From Azolla caroliniana (taxonomy: Eukaryota; Plantae; Polypodiophyta), in contig JBHGNT010000003.1 of assembly GCA_043228905.1 (NCBI GenBank), forward strand, positions 6,758,001 to 6,822,000: a stretch of 64,000 nt of DNA, in the 5' to 3' direction. Position 1 is the first letter of the stretch. The number at the start of each line of letters is the position of its first letter. Shown here one piece after another: positions 11,716 to 24,789 of the stretch. The notes below the pieces were generated by a model that made no database searches, had not been told where the DNA came from, and was given only the letters and a program-made list of their open reading frames with translations. The translations under genes and the position numbers were made by a program.

Positions 11716-11961
11716 ACTCGTCAGATCGCTCATCTGCCTTCACTGCAGGTGGGAATTATATGCACACTACAGGACGGTCATCAACAGCCTCTTTCTTCTT
11801 CCTCTGGTGAGGGAAGGAGAGAGATTTTGAGTGTATTACACGCGCTCTAGCAGATGGAGCACATACTTCATCTTCCGAGTAGTGCAAGCATTGTCTGAGC
11901 AAGGGAATTGCTCACACAAGAGGTACGAACTATAGAACAGATCCTGTTCAAGTATAGTCGT
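11716..11961 (-). ncRNA. U3: U3 snoRNA, copy 4 (divergent, box B altered)
   Basis: The 5' boxes are identical to the other copies; the 3' domain has several indels; T5 run at 11705-11709. Confidence 0.88.
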
Positions 11962-11983
11962 GATGGAATAGCCCTACTCATGG

Positions 11984-12051
11984 CTTATATAAAAGCTTCA
12001 ATTGTATGAATGTCTTTATATGTGGGACTGTAAACCCTAAACCCTAAACCC
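11984..12051 (-). promoter_or_regulatory. USE+TATA promoter of U3 copy 4 with an extended telo-box
   Basis: TATA at 11984-11994, USE at 12020-12028, AAACCCTAAACCCTAAACCC at 12032-12051. Confidence 0.9.
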
Positions 12052-12537
12052 GAAAGTCATGGGCCATGGCAGCTTGGTTGGAAGATGGATCAAGGTGTGT
12101 ATGTATGTGTCTTGTGGAGCTTGGAGCTTGTTAAGTTGTGGGGGGAATATGCCTTCATACACATACATATGTATATGCATCTATTCAGCCCATTGTATGT
12201 ATGCAAGCAGAAGCTGGACCAAGTGTGTTTGTTGTTGCAAGCATAGAAGAAAGTGTGTTGACATGCCGATCCGATCCATGTTGATCTCGACCCTTTCCGA
12301 ATTCTATGTGTATGAATCTCCCACTTCCTTGTATCACGGTATTACTCATCATTCATTCTATCTTCGATGTATTTCAAAGAGATAGTGCTTCTCCCTTATT
12401 TGGCTTAACACGATATAGTTGCCCTTGTGTTGGACATATAATTACTACCTCGTGCACGTCGGTCTTCTTGGATTTGATAATCATTCCATTTGTAGTAACT
12501 AGTGTCACCACCAATAACATGTGTTTTGCAATTTTAG

Positions 12538-12540
<3 letters not shown>

Positions 12541-12592
<52 letters not shown>
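12541..12592. repeat. (AT)n microsatellite
   Basis: Directly visible. Confidence 0.98.
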
Positions 12593-12596
<4 letters not shown>

Positions 12597-14109
12597 GCTC
12601 TTGATAGTTATCCAATCAGTCTTTTCGATATGTTAGATGGTGATTAGCCCCCTAATATATGAGAACTAGGCATTTTCATCTTCAAATTTGGTTTTCCTCA
12701 TGGGTTTTTACATGGTATGCCTAAATGTGCTCTTCCTCATCATGTTCTTTGTTTTTTTCAAGTTCTTCAAAGTGACATTATGTGCGTTGGGTCGGTTGGT
12801 GTTCTTCTTTGCTTGCTTGAGATGGCATTCTCATTGGATATGTCCTTCCTTTTTTATAATATCGTTGAAGAAGAGAATGAGAAGAGAGAAATGAGAGAGA
12901 AATATGATGAGATTGACAATGACTTGACAAAAAGAACAAGGGGGTTTCAAGAATATGTCGAAGACTAGCGTTGGATTGGAATGGTTTATCAATACTTGAA
13001 CACATGCTTATATAACATAGTTTGCACACACATGCATGTGTGCCACCTCACTAACATGCACGATCACCACTTCACATTCATGCAAGTTGGACAATTTTAT
13101 CCATTAGTTTATGCAAGGTGGGGACATTTTATAATATTACATATATATTCTAGTGAACTAATGAAAGTTATAAAAAAAAATGAATAATATAATCTATCCT
13201 AATGGTTAAGATTATACATCCTTTGAAAAGTTCATGGATTCAAATATTTATCATGCTTTTTTGGGAGTTTTGGTATATGTTTTTGGGGAGATTCCATTTT
13301 ATCATGAGTTGTTTCTATAGTATTTTTATATTTCATTCTTATTATATGTTTTATTAGACTGTCTATTTCTTAAACAAATTTGTACCTTAGTTGATTTGTT
13401 GGCTCATATAGTAAACATTCGGTTAAGTACGCACCCATTTAAGTGTGATTTTGTTGGAGGCCACATAATCATTGCGACGTGATTAAATATGTATTTGTAG
13501 CAATTAAAGATGGCATAGGGATTTGATCACAATTGTGGAAGCGATTAGAGTTGTTGTGGGGGGCTTTGCTTCCTTCAATGATGGAGAGAAACGCCAAAAA
13601 CCGTAAGTGCATAGCTCAATTAAGTGCACATTGTTTTCCCGAGATCAAAGCTCACATTCAACCGAATGTTTACTATACCTTTGAAATGAGTTGATGGAGA
13701 TTGTTGTTGCTACTAGTTGAGCATTGTGCCCCTTTTGTTGCCAAATATCTTCATGGTGGATCTTAATAAGTAGCTTCGACAATGCTGCAATGATACTATG
13801 CATCAAGATGAATGTTGTCCAAAATTCGAGGAGTTTGCTTAGTACTAAGCCAATGTTGATGTCTTTTGAGATGTTGTCAATGGTAGCCATATCATCCAAA
13901 GGACTCTGTTTCAATGTAAGAGCTCAATATAACAACTTGACGCAAATTATTCACACACAATTACAAACGCTATATTTTGTTTATATAGAAGCAATTTATA
14001 GCCGTTTATTGATATTTTTTTAGTATTTCTCTTGTAACAATTATTTCGTCCTTATATCCTCACAACTAATATCCTTGTCAACCTCTTTAGTTTGGTGTGG
14101 TGTTGGGAG

Positions 14110-14575
14110 AAGCAATGGGCCCGGTTTCCGCTCAACGAACGGTTAAGCCATGGTTTAACGATTTATCGGTTCCAAAAAAATTTAATAGTTTGGTTTGGTT
14201 TGGTTTGGATTATAAATAAACGGTTTGGTTCTAAAACTCAAGTTTATCGGTTTATAAGTTTAAGTGGTTTGGTTTGAAGGTTTTTGGTGAACTTTTTTTT
14301 CCTTCTTTAATGGTTTAATAAATGTTTTTTTATTGATTTAATTAATTTAACATAAATGTTTATTTGATTTAATGTATTTTTGCTTATTTAGTATTTTAAT
14401 TAGTTTGACCTAAGTGGTTAGGGTTAAAAAAAAATTATTCAATAGTTCAATTTGGTTGCAACTTTTCCTGAAAACGGTTTTGGTTTCAATGGTTTAGTTT
14501 TTGTTTTGTATAAATGGTTCGGTTTGGTTCATATCTGTTTCAGGGCAAAGAAACTGAACCGGGCCCATTGCTATA
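14110..14575. mobile_element. MITE, probably hAT-type
   Basis: 16-bp TIR AGCAATGGGCCCGGTT / AACCGGGCCCATTGCT; GGTTT subterminal repeats; imperfect 8-bp flanking repeat GTTGGGAG / GTTAGGAG. Confidence 0.85.
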
Positions 14576-14812
14576 GTTAGGAGGTAATCTTATCTTATCA
14601 ATTAAGGAACATAAAAAAAAGAGGTCATGGATAGTCCCAAAATGAATGAAGCCAGCAACTGAGAATCATCGAGGCAAAGAGGAAAATGAAGATTTACCAT
14701 GATTTATGATAAGAAAAATAACACCTTCCAAAGTGTATATGTTAACACACAATTCCTACTGCATTGCTACAATCACAACAAATTTTTGTGAACATATGGA
14801 ACACAAGCAAAG

Positions 14813-14848
<36 letters not shown>

Positions 14849-14873
14849 GTGAACACCAATAATACCAAAAGGT

Positions 14874-15112
14874 ACTCGTCAGATCGCTCATCTGCCTTCA
14901 CTGCAGGTGGGAATTATTCACGCTGCAGGACGGTCATCAACAGCCTCTTTCTTCTTCCTCTACTGAGGAGGAAGGAGAGACTTGAGTGTATTCGCGCTCT
15001 GGCAGATGGAGCACATACTTCATCTTCCGAGTAGTGCAGGCATTGTCTGAGCAGAGAATTGCTCACACAAGAGGTACGAACTATAGAACAGATCCTGTTC
15101 AAGTATAGTCGT
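14874..15112 (-). ncRNA. U3: U3 snoRNA, copy 5
   Basis: All boxes are present; differs from copy 1 at only a few positions; T4 run at 14867-14870. Confidence 0.95.
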
Positions 15113-15134
15113 GATAGAAGGGCTCAACCCATGG

Positions 15135-15195
15135 CTTATATAAAAGCTTCAGCTTTATGAATGCCTTTATATGTGGGACATTAAACCCTAAACCC
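15135..15195 (-). promoter_or_regulatory. USE+TATA promoter of U3 copy 5 with telo-box
   Basis: TATA at 15135-15145, USE at 15171-15179, AAACCCTAAACCC at 15183-15195. Confidence 0.9.
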
Positions 15196-18155
15196 AAAAG
15201 TTTCTATTGGAATAGTGATTGTATGGGTGATTTTAGTAACCTACACCTTGTTATCTTCTACGACAAGAAATTTACCCCTTTAGGTATGAATAATTGTTTT
15301 ATGATTAGGATTTGACAACTACCCGTCTCCACATTTGAAGAATGAAGTTCTAACTTGTTACGCCTATAATTGCATCCGTGGAGCGATGGACCATAAAAAT
15401 CTCATCACTCACACCTTCATCCCAGAAGTGATGGTCAAGCTCATTGGCATAAATTCTTAGGGTTCCTACCAAGGGAAATTAGACACTCTTCCTCTTTACA
15501 TGAGATTCCTTCATTTTGCGAGATGAGGCTTTCGATCCATAAGATCACTTCCTTCCAATAATCGACAATGTTGTTGTTCTATTAAGTTTTGATTCACCAA
15601 CCAAAGAGATAAAAGAAAGTTTGATGGATCCAACCAAATTCTTGAATGCGATGACTTGGATTAATTCACATTTGAAGATGTGCTCCTCTATAACAAGCTA
15701 ATCTACATTCCATATGGTCACGACTCACAATGGTGTCAAGGTTGTGTTAGGATGCAATAACAATGTACTACTGGGAGAAAAGTCTCTTGAATTGGCATCA
15801 TGGAAGTACGGCATTGAATATTGTGATACATGTGACCATTGAAAAGCTTTGCATTATAGCCCTTCTGATTCTTGTTTTCTCTCAGTGAACTTCATCATGA
15901 ACCTGCCAAAATTTTACTCCACATTGTTTGCCACGGATTGATTTATGAAAATTGCCCACTTCATCCCTTTCTCTAAGGAAACATAAAAAGCAAACAACGA
16001 ATTTGATACTCATGGACATGCTTTGGTTTCATGGATGTTTTGATGTCATTGAGCTCCTCAAAGTGATAGTCAAGCTTTAATTCAATGTTTTGTCCCCAAA
16101 TTGATGGACAAATAAGGTGGATAAACTATTGTTGTTTGTTTCAATGGGGAAAAGATTGACACAAAGAAGGCATGTTGTGCACTAAGATAGGATAAGGTTT
16201 AAGACCAAATGTGGAGTCATTATGCGGATGCCAAACATACCATAAACATTTAGCTAGAGCTACAACTTCACTCAATCGATGATATGTTCTACGAACAAAG
16301 GCAAGCATAGCTCCATTCGTTCACATACCGATATTTGGTCCATCATGGAAGAATGCCTAGTTATCATACTATTACCGCTTGTTATTTACATACATATCCC
16401 CATTCTATATCTTCTTCTTTGAATTGCAATGTTTCAAGGGTTCTTATGTATTCATTATTTATACTGATGATTTGCATAATCATTAACTATCTCATTGGCA
16501 TGCTTTATTAGACAATGATTTAAAAGTAATAAGTCAACTAACTTTAAATGCAAAGAGGGTAATGAATGTCCTAATTAGAGTGGTTATTACTAAAGCTTAA
16601 GCTAGTCACAAAAAATACATAATTATCAAAAGATTGTCTCAATTCACTAATGTCATATAACTTGATGGCAAACAAACTAAAGAATACAAAGGTTTCAATC
16701 TTCATCATTTCCTATGAAATTATTTGCCAACAATAATTGTTTATCTAAATCTTACACTTCTCCAAGAGTTCATCATGTATAATAACAAATTTCATGTCCT
16801 AAAACATGTTTATATTGTTGTAATTTTCTTATTCCTCATGACACACATCAAGGCAAATACAATTGTGGATCTGAGTGTCAATGGTTAGGGCCATCCTCAA
16901 CATAATGGATCCATCACTATGATAAGATATGAACAAGAAAGGTCTCTTACATTTTATGGAATAGCAAGTTTATAAGATATCATACAAAAAAAGATTTATT
17001 AAGAGTTAAGGAACTCAAGAAAAGTCATGGACAATCAAGCCCAACTGCATGAAGCTAGTCGTCATGAATTCATGAGGCATAGAGAAAATGAACCTTAAAA
17101 GTATAATGAAAAAAATCCTACTTGATTGCTAGAATCAAAAATATTTTTTGAACATATCAAACCTCTTGTCAATTCCCTCAACCGAAGTTTTACATCAGCC
17201 ATGGAGAGGATTACTAAAATCTAGGCCTACACAAGGAATGAATATTTTGCCACATCTTCAATGGTGGGCTGCATGTGTGTTATGCATTGCATGTAACAAA
17301 ACATAGAACTTACCTCTTTGCTCTTTACAGCTACTAAATTGTACCCAACTCAAGTGCAACAACTCTAATTAGGAAGTGTGCTTACATGCCCATTTAAAAT
17401 GTATCAAGATTTCTGGTAATGACCAAGGAATCTAGGGCGGATATAAAGGCATGAGATCATTCACAACAATTGCAACAGTAAAAAAGGATGTGTATATAAA
17501 ACTCGATGAATAATCATATATACACACATTAGAGAACTAGTATTATATTTACTGAAATGCGTACATGAAACGAAATTGTTTGGATATGTTTATCGCTTTT
17601 GTGAAAATTATGCCAGAATGTGAACTTGGAAAGCAAACATAATAAGAGAAGCAAACCCAACAGCAGACATATTTTTCTATGGTGTAGAACTACACATAGA
17701 CAATTTCATTAACCTACACCACTTCACACTACACAACATGAAGTTTTGATTGCTATTTATTAGAGACATGAGACACAATCCATTAACCTGTTAGAACATG
17801 AAGTTTCTTCATGATTTATTTGAGACATAGGAGAATCAATTCATTACAACTTGACTAATCTTGCATCATCATGTCCATATAAGCGAACAGAATTACCTGG
17901 AAGTACTGCTGTGGTACCATCACTTAGTTACGTATTATATCACATACCTCCAGCAAAATTTCAGCACAGCTTTGTTTCAAATGGGGCTCTCAGTCTGTTG
18001 TGAGGATTGACTATTGTATTAAACTGTCTTATAACATCGTCAAGCACCATACTGTTCTCAGCATGTCATCCATCATACCATAAGAAAAAACATTCTTTTT
18101 AGGAAGCATTTTTTCCCATGAAATAAGGAGCCATGAAAAGTTGACCAAACAAACT

Positions 18156-21100
18156 CTAAGATGTTTGCATTGCATCCTTGTGATATTTTTCCAAATCTGC
18201 ATCCAGATCTTCAGCAGTCGGGGCTATCCTGACCTCTGTGGATGGTCTTCTGTTACCACTTGCTCTTCCACTTCCACCTCTATTTCCACTTCTTTTTCCT
18301 CCTCTTCTACTTCCTCTTCGACCTTGGAACCACCTGTAGCCAGAACCTTGCTCACGCACTCCAACACCCCTATAAAATTTAATCACTATCTAGCTCAATC
18401 TCTCTCTAACTATAATGAAAGTTTGTAGTGAGAGTATCTAATATTATTCTTACAATTTACATATCCTAGTTGCAATCTAAATTCACAACCAGATTCTTTT
18501 AGACTTTTGATTGCAACTTCAAACTCATAATTAGTAGGTTTCAAGTTTGATGTTGCCATCACTGATCCCGCAGTTGTTGATGTGCAAACCAAGCCCCTCT
18601 ATTATATGTTCTATGATTACGTCTTTTAATTGTGTCTAACTGATCTTTCTTGATCTCACGTAGAACAATTCCATGTTAATTAAATTCAATTGTTAGCATT
18701 GCATTGTATGTGCTATTTGACCCATGTTTTGGCTTTCATATATCCACTTTGATGATGTAAATGATATTCCAACTCAATACACCAATAACATTGATTGAAA
18801 TGCATTTGATTTAACACATGAGAAACATACTTCGTCAGCAGAGACGGTTTTTGTCTGCCAAACAATGTACTGCCATATGTTGTTCTTCCTGGTAAAGCCA
18901 TCAGATTTGTGCCAACCAGGTCTATCTTCATTGGTTTCCCATCAAGCTGAACATTATTGTACCGATTCATTGCAGCAATAGCATCTGGTTTCCTTAGATA
19001 TTCAACATCAGCTGTTCCCTGTTTGTTTCAGTTCAATAAGGTTCTTGGTAACACACTACTCAACACATGCATTATTTTAAACAGCACCAAAACAAAAGTG
19101 GAATGATCAGCACATACAATTGATCGTCCACTCCTATCATAACGAACTCCATGGTGCTTCAAGGTTCCCATTTCTGCAAAAAGCTCCTACATTTAATCCA
19201 ATACACCTTGAGTTTTAATAAGAATCCTTAACAAGAGATTACCAGCACAATCCTAAAAAACTCGTTCAACTGCAAAACATTGTCTATCCAACTTTCCTAG
19301 CACATTAAATGAGAAACCAGCCAACATATGAATGCGTCAAGAAACAAATCAAAGAGAAAAAATAGCAGTCGGAAAATGCCAGTGTTCCCAAATAGAAAGC
19401 AAATTCTGAAACGGTCATGTAAGATGAGAATATTCAGCAAGTGAATAACGTAATAATAAAAAAACTCGCAAATCTGATAGACATCAGATAAACTAGCTTC
19501 CAATATAATGGATGATTTCCAATTTCCTACCTATTTCTTAGAGGTGGTTGGATATTTTAGAATTTCTGAAGAAACCTTTCCAGGTCATTGCACATGAATA
19601 GTGCAAGTTTCAACTTCCAAAATGGTCTAAAAAATATTTATGTTTTTATTGAGGATTCAAGATTAGGTTAAGGATAATTCTCTGAATTTCATTCTCATTT
19701 AGTAGATAATGTTTCATTTCAGCTAAAAGTCAAAACTCCAAAAGCATTGCTGTTTGAATCGCAGTCATATTGCTTGTATGAACAAGGCTTACAATGTAAG
19801 GGAAAGTAAAAATGTCAATGAATGAGAATGAAATAAAAGTACAAAACGTCCAGGAGTTAAATAAGAATATCAGCAAAGAACATTGCGTCTTTGTAAAAAA
19901 ATTTGAAAGATGTTGGATTCATAGGTAAAACATAATGAACATTCCCAGGATGCTCCTGTTTCTTGCTCCAGTGAGCAAATTGAGAGGCAATATCAGCATG
20001 TACATGGTAAAAGTTCTCTCAAAGAATCTTCAGATGGACACCTGTCAATGTGGCAGGATAAAGTTAGATTCTTATTTCCAGAGTCTTTTAGTGCGATTAC
20101 ATTTGATTGATGAGAACAGGTGTGGAACAGTCATCACAGTGGTAGACTTTTCAAGACCATTACATGCAGACTTGTTTGTTCCCGGTAGTCACTATTCAAC
20201 CATATAACTATTTACCAATTACAAAAATATGCAACATGCTCCATTTCACCTATTTGAGGATGATGCTTATGAGAGTTAGATGATTATTACAGCCCAAAGT
20301 AGCATCAATCATTATGTAAACAAATGCAATGAACATCACACACAAAGAACGTCAAAAAATGACGTGAACGGCCAAAATTACCTTTATATCTTCGTTGGAA
20401 ACTCCATAGTCGAGATTTGAGATGAACAGCTTTGCACCAGTGTCAATTCCAAGGGCACACCCAACAGCATCTTCAAATAGATCATGTCGCAATCCTCCCG
20501 GCCGCCTTGAGATAAAAGACTGGCCATTGCATATAGGATACCGTATCAGAGACGCCGATTTACTATCTTTCATAAGGAAGCAATCTTCAAACATATCCAG
20601 AATTTATTCCAAGCAAGATATTGACTAGACCAGGGATCCATTTCAAAATTAAAGCACAACACTGACCAAAAAGAGCATGACCAGGCTCAAACACATTCCA
20701 TGGATGGAAAAGACTAAATAGGATATGAAAATATTTGTTTTGTGTGTCATGTCAGTAAACGAGAGTCACCACCATTCAGAGAGAGCGTGTTTGAAAATAG
20801 GCCAAATAGATTAGAAATATCGGTTTGTGTATCACGTCAGAAAAACAGATACACCATCATTCAGAAATCACTGAAAGAAAATTTGAAAATTGCCAAAAGA
20901 AATATCATGGAGCAAAAGAGAATCATGTTCATCTCAAGTTAGACAATGTATGTAAAATTCATGCACAAGCTTATGTGAAAGCATAGTTCCACGAGTAAAA
21001 AAATCTAGTTACTCTGTTTTCTCTTCTGGCACATTATCATGTCGGCAAAAATGATTCTTCATATTCCAGAAAGTATGAAAATGAACTATGTCAGAGAAAC

Positions 21101-22211
21101 AGCATTGAGCACAAAAATCATGTGCCTGCTCAGAATGATCTGCACTTTGCCAATTGAAAAGTTCTAGTAGCTAGATTTCTCCCAATATATTATGTCATCA
21201 AAACTGATTTGATATCTTTCAGGAAGGCCAATCCAGGAATTCACTTGAAGCATGAAAACATTAACATAGAAGCTGTCCCAGGCTTGAAGGGCCTTAATAC
21301 CACTGATAATGAGAAAGACTAAGTGAACTGTGAAAATATTTATTTCTTCCAAGGAATCATGTTAGCTAGAAATGATTTACCATCAAAAGACCAGAAAAAC
21401 TACAAAGAAAACCGATATCTTGTATATATCAGATAAGAGAGAATGATTTATACAACCTATCAAAAAGACCAGACTGAGAATTCATCTCAACTAGGGAACT
21501 GAATATTTATAATCCATGTCAACCCTCACAAGGAATCACACCATCAAAAGACCAAAGGAATGCTGATTCTTAAAGAATTACATGTCATAAAAACTCACTT
21601 TCCATCTACCATAAAGACCAGACCCAAAATTTATTCAACCAGGAAAATGAACACTTTACAATCAATTTTGAGGATGGCATGGATCCACATCGAAACCAAT
21701 AAACCTAAAACTCTACAAAAGAGTGACGATTTCTTGCTTGACATTGTATAAGTGAAACAAAATTACTACGTTTTAGCGAAAGGAGTTCATTTCAAACCAG
21801 GAAAATAGAAAATAAAATCCATGTATATTAGGTTAGCAAAGGATCCACTTTATATATGATACAAAAGACGTAGAAATCTACGAAAAAAACTGATTTCTTC
21901 ACAGATTCTTCACTTACTTTTGCAATATCAGAAGCCGCGGGACGTTTGGGACGAAGAAAGGAGACTAAGGCACGGCCATTACCGAAAGTCGAACCAGAAG
22001 ATTGACGAATAGGAGGAGCAGACGGAGTAGGAAGGTCAACGAAACTGCTGGCAGAATCACCGAAACTTCTGACTTTTTGTCCTCTTCCACCACGTCGACC
22101 TCGACCTCGACCTCGATCTCGACCTCTTCCATCGCGCCTGTCTGATCCTCCTCCTCTGGAGCTGTGATTGCTAAGATTGATGATCTCATCGAGCGGCATG
22201 TCCAGATTCAT
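18156..22211 (-). CDS. ALY: ALY/REF (THO complex subunit 4) mRNA export adaptor, about 300 aa
   Basis: Exons 22211-21918, 20519-20382, 19186-19118, 19018-18831, 18369-18156 are phase-consistent (903 nt). N-terminal LDMPLDEII, RGG region, RRM (KLFISNLDYGVSNEDIKELF..YNNVQLDGKPMKI) and C-terminal TAEDLDADLEKY. The exon 2 acceptor was chosen by phase. Confidence 0.95.
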
Positions 22212-22707
22212 ATTCGCTCTTCGGCCTCTTCCGAAGCTTTCGAGACGGGAAGAGACGTGGTCGCAGGGAGGGAAGAAAGGAGGCCTCCGCAGTTTCCTTC
22301 CGAAGCTGGGAAGCGGAAGAAACGTAGATCCCTGGCAGTTTCCTTCAGAGCTCGAAAGCCAGAAGAAATGCGAAGGAAGAAGGAAAGGAAAGCTTTCTGC
22401 GCAGTTCAACTGTTCGAAAGCGGAAAGGAAACGCGAATTGCAGGGAAACGGGGAAACGGGGAAACGCGCGAAGGAAACGGATTTTTGAAAAATTGAAAAG
22501 GAAACGGCAAAAATGTTATAATTCTGGCGAAACGGCCGCTTAGTGTGAAATCAATGTTTTGGGATTATTTCAAAATTAGAACCGTACTAACTATTCATTG
22601 ACATGCACGGAGAAAATCTGGGTTGTATGTTGGTTTCTTTGGGACAAAGCGGACACCAACGGTTCCAGGGGCGACCAAAAGAGAACCCTCTCACGAGGTG
22701 TTAAAGG

Positions 22708-22982
22708 TAGGAATCGGCAACAGCTCGGCTCAAACCTGAATCGAACCGTTAAACCATCTTAAAACGGTTGGGTGGTTTGGTTCGGTTTGGTTCGGTTTAG
22801 GCTTGAGCTTCCTTAACAAGTTTGAGCTCGGTTTGGGATGGGTCAAGACAAACCAAACCATTTTGGGCCAAACCGGTTAAGGGTTAATCAACTCGGTGAA
22901 AAACTGGCTTAGGAACCAATTTGATTCAAGTTTGGAAATTCCCAAACTAGTTAAGCCGAAACCAAACCATTGTCGATTCTTG
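22708..22982. mobile_element. hAT-type MITE of the same family as 10544-11296
   Basis: TIR TAGGAATCGGCAA / TTGTCGATTCTTG; degenerate 8-bp TSD GTTAAAGG / TTTGAAGG. Confidence 0.8.
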
Positions 22983-23619
22983 TTTGAAGGTGAGGCGGTC
23001 TGCTAGTGTGAAGGCTCCATGAGGTAAGATTTCGTTCAGAGTGTGTGTGAAACATCGGATCCAGAGGACGATAGACAACAATATGTATATAGCTTGCACA
23101 TGTGCGGGTTTTCACTTTCCCATATTTGTTGCATGCTAATGCCCATCATCAGTGTAGATCCAATAGGGTTGCATAACGTGCAAGTTTTCACTTGGCCATC
23201 TTCAATCATTACTATGGGCATCATCAATGTAGATTCAACGATCTTGCAGTTTGAAAGAGATTTGTGTCGAATACTCCACCTAGTTCATTCATCGCGAAAT
23301 TCGACAAAGCTACCCCTCAAACCCTCTAAAACCCCCATCCTTTTTCATGTCATGGTTGTATCGTTCTTTAGCATGCCATGTTTTTACATATACACCCATA
23401 TGCACCTAGATATAAGCATCTCTCCATTGCACTAGTTTTACTTATGATCTTTGTTGAACAATATGGTCAATTGAGGATCACCCTCTCTTCCTTTTTATTT
23501 TACGATACTTGTAATCTATTAGGTTATCATTGCAAGGTCTTAGGTTTCACACATTGCAATGCCTTAAGTTACAAACACTTCGTTAAATAACATGAGTTTT
23601 TATACTTTATTCAACATCT

Positions 23620-24740
23620 ATGTGATAATTAGAGTGCCATACACCTAGCAAAGAACGTTGCTTACCACTCCCGAACTAAGCATATACATAGGAGGTATCA
23701 CTGGTTGCGGGAGAAAGTGGATGAAGGGGACTTTACGGTTGTAAATATTCATACTGACGACAATGGATCCGACATGCTCACGAAGAACCTACCGATGGAC
23801 AGACTCGGAGTTTGTTGACAAATGATAGGACTAGTTGATTCCCTCCTACATGAGAAAAGGGGGAATTTGCTAGGAATATGTCCCTCCTGTGGGAGGAGCC
23901 AACTGTTCGACCGAGTAAGAGCCGACTGTCGAAGACAAGGAGTAGATGTCTGGTCAGGATCCGACATGCTCACGAAGAACCTACCGATGGACAGACTCAG
24001 ATTTTGTTGACAAATGATAGGACTAGCCGATTCCCTCCTACATGAGTGAAGGGGGAATTTGCTAGGAATATGTCCCTCCTGTGGGAGGAGCCAACTGTTC
24101 GACCGAGTAAGAGCCGATTGTCAAAGACAAGGAGTAGATGACTGGTCAGGCTGGTCGAAGACATGGAGAGTAGACAGTAGATGATTCAAGTCAAGAACAA
24201 GACCGACTAGTCGGACCGACCGGATGGTCGACGACAAGGCCGACTAGTCGAACCGACTGGATAGTCGACATAGGAGTCAACTAGTCAAATCGACTAGTCG
24301 ATCAGTCAGTTGATTAGCGACTGTTACTGTTATTATTAGATAATAATAAGAACAAACATATTTGTAAATAGCCCATATTGTATATAAGTATAAATACACC
24401 TAGGACAAACATTATGAGATGTTTTGTAGTTGTAGAACAGAAAGTGTAGAATATAACGAAGTGTTGCGTAGATTGAGAGCGTGTGAGAGAGAGTGGCGGC
24501 AGTGTTCAACGAACTTGCCAAGAACCCTAAGTGGTTATCCTCTAAGTTTTAGAGAGAGTTGTGATCGTTCTTTATATTCTATGTTGTATAGTGGATCTCT
24601 ATTCCCGTGGTTTCTCCCCGTTTAGGGTTTCCACGTAAAACCTGTGTATTGTGCATACTTTGTCTATTTTTTGTTGTTCTCTAATCCGAGTTGTGTATTA
24701 CTGCATACTTTCCTCACAGATCTATGATCCCATCTCAACA
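23620..24740 (+). mobile_element. 5'-truncated Copia element: RNase H end, PPT and 3' LTR (24060-24740)
   Basis: Reads CDN*SAIHLAKNVAYHSRTKHIHRRYHWLRE..GSDMLTK; purine tract GAAGGGGGAA followed by TG...CA; internal 192-bp tandem duplication (23765 / 23957). Confidence 0.9.
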
Positions 24741-24789
24741 CTTTGATGGACATTGAGGCCACAAAACCCTACCCTACATTGACATCAAT

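Noticed and set aside
13430-13930. Possible Helitron helicase remnant on the minus strand
   Set aside because: Only a vague resemblance with no intact motif; BLASTX would be needed.
4420-15102. Repeated small ORFs (SSDRSSAFTAGGNY.., MNRICSIVRT..) suggesting a peptide gene family
   Set aside because: They are shadow frames of the U3 copies. Indels between copies break the frames while the RNA boxes are conserved.
21828-22409. 193-aa ORF as the ALY N-terminus
   Set aside because: It starts at a non-ATG codon in the leader and runs into intron 1. The conserved start is MNLDMPLD at 22211.
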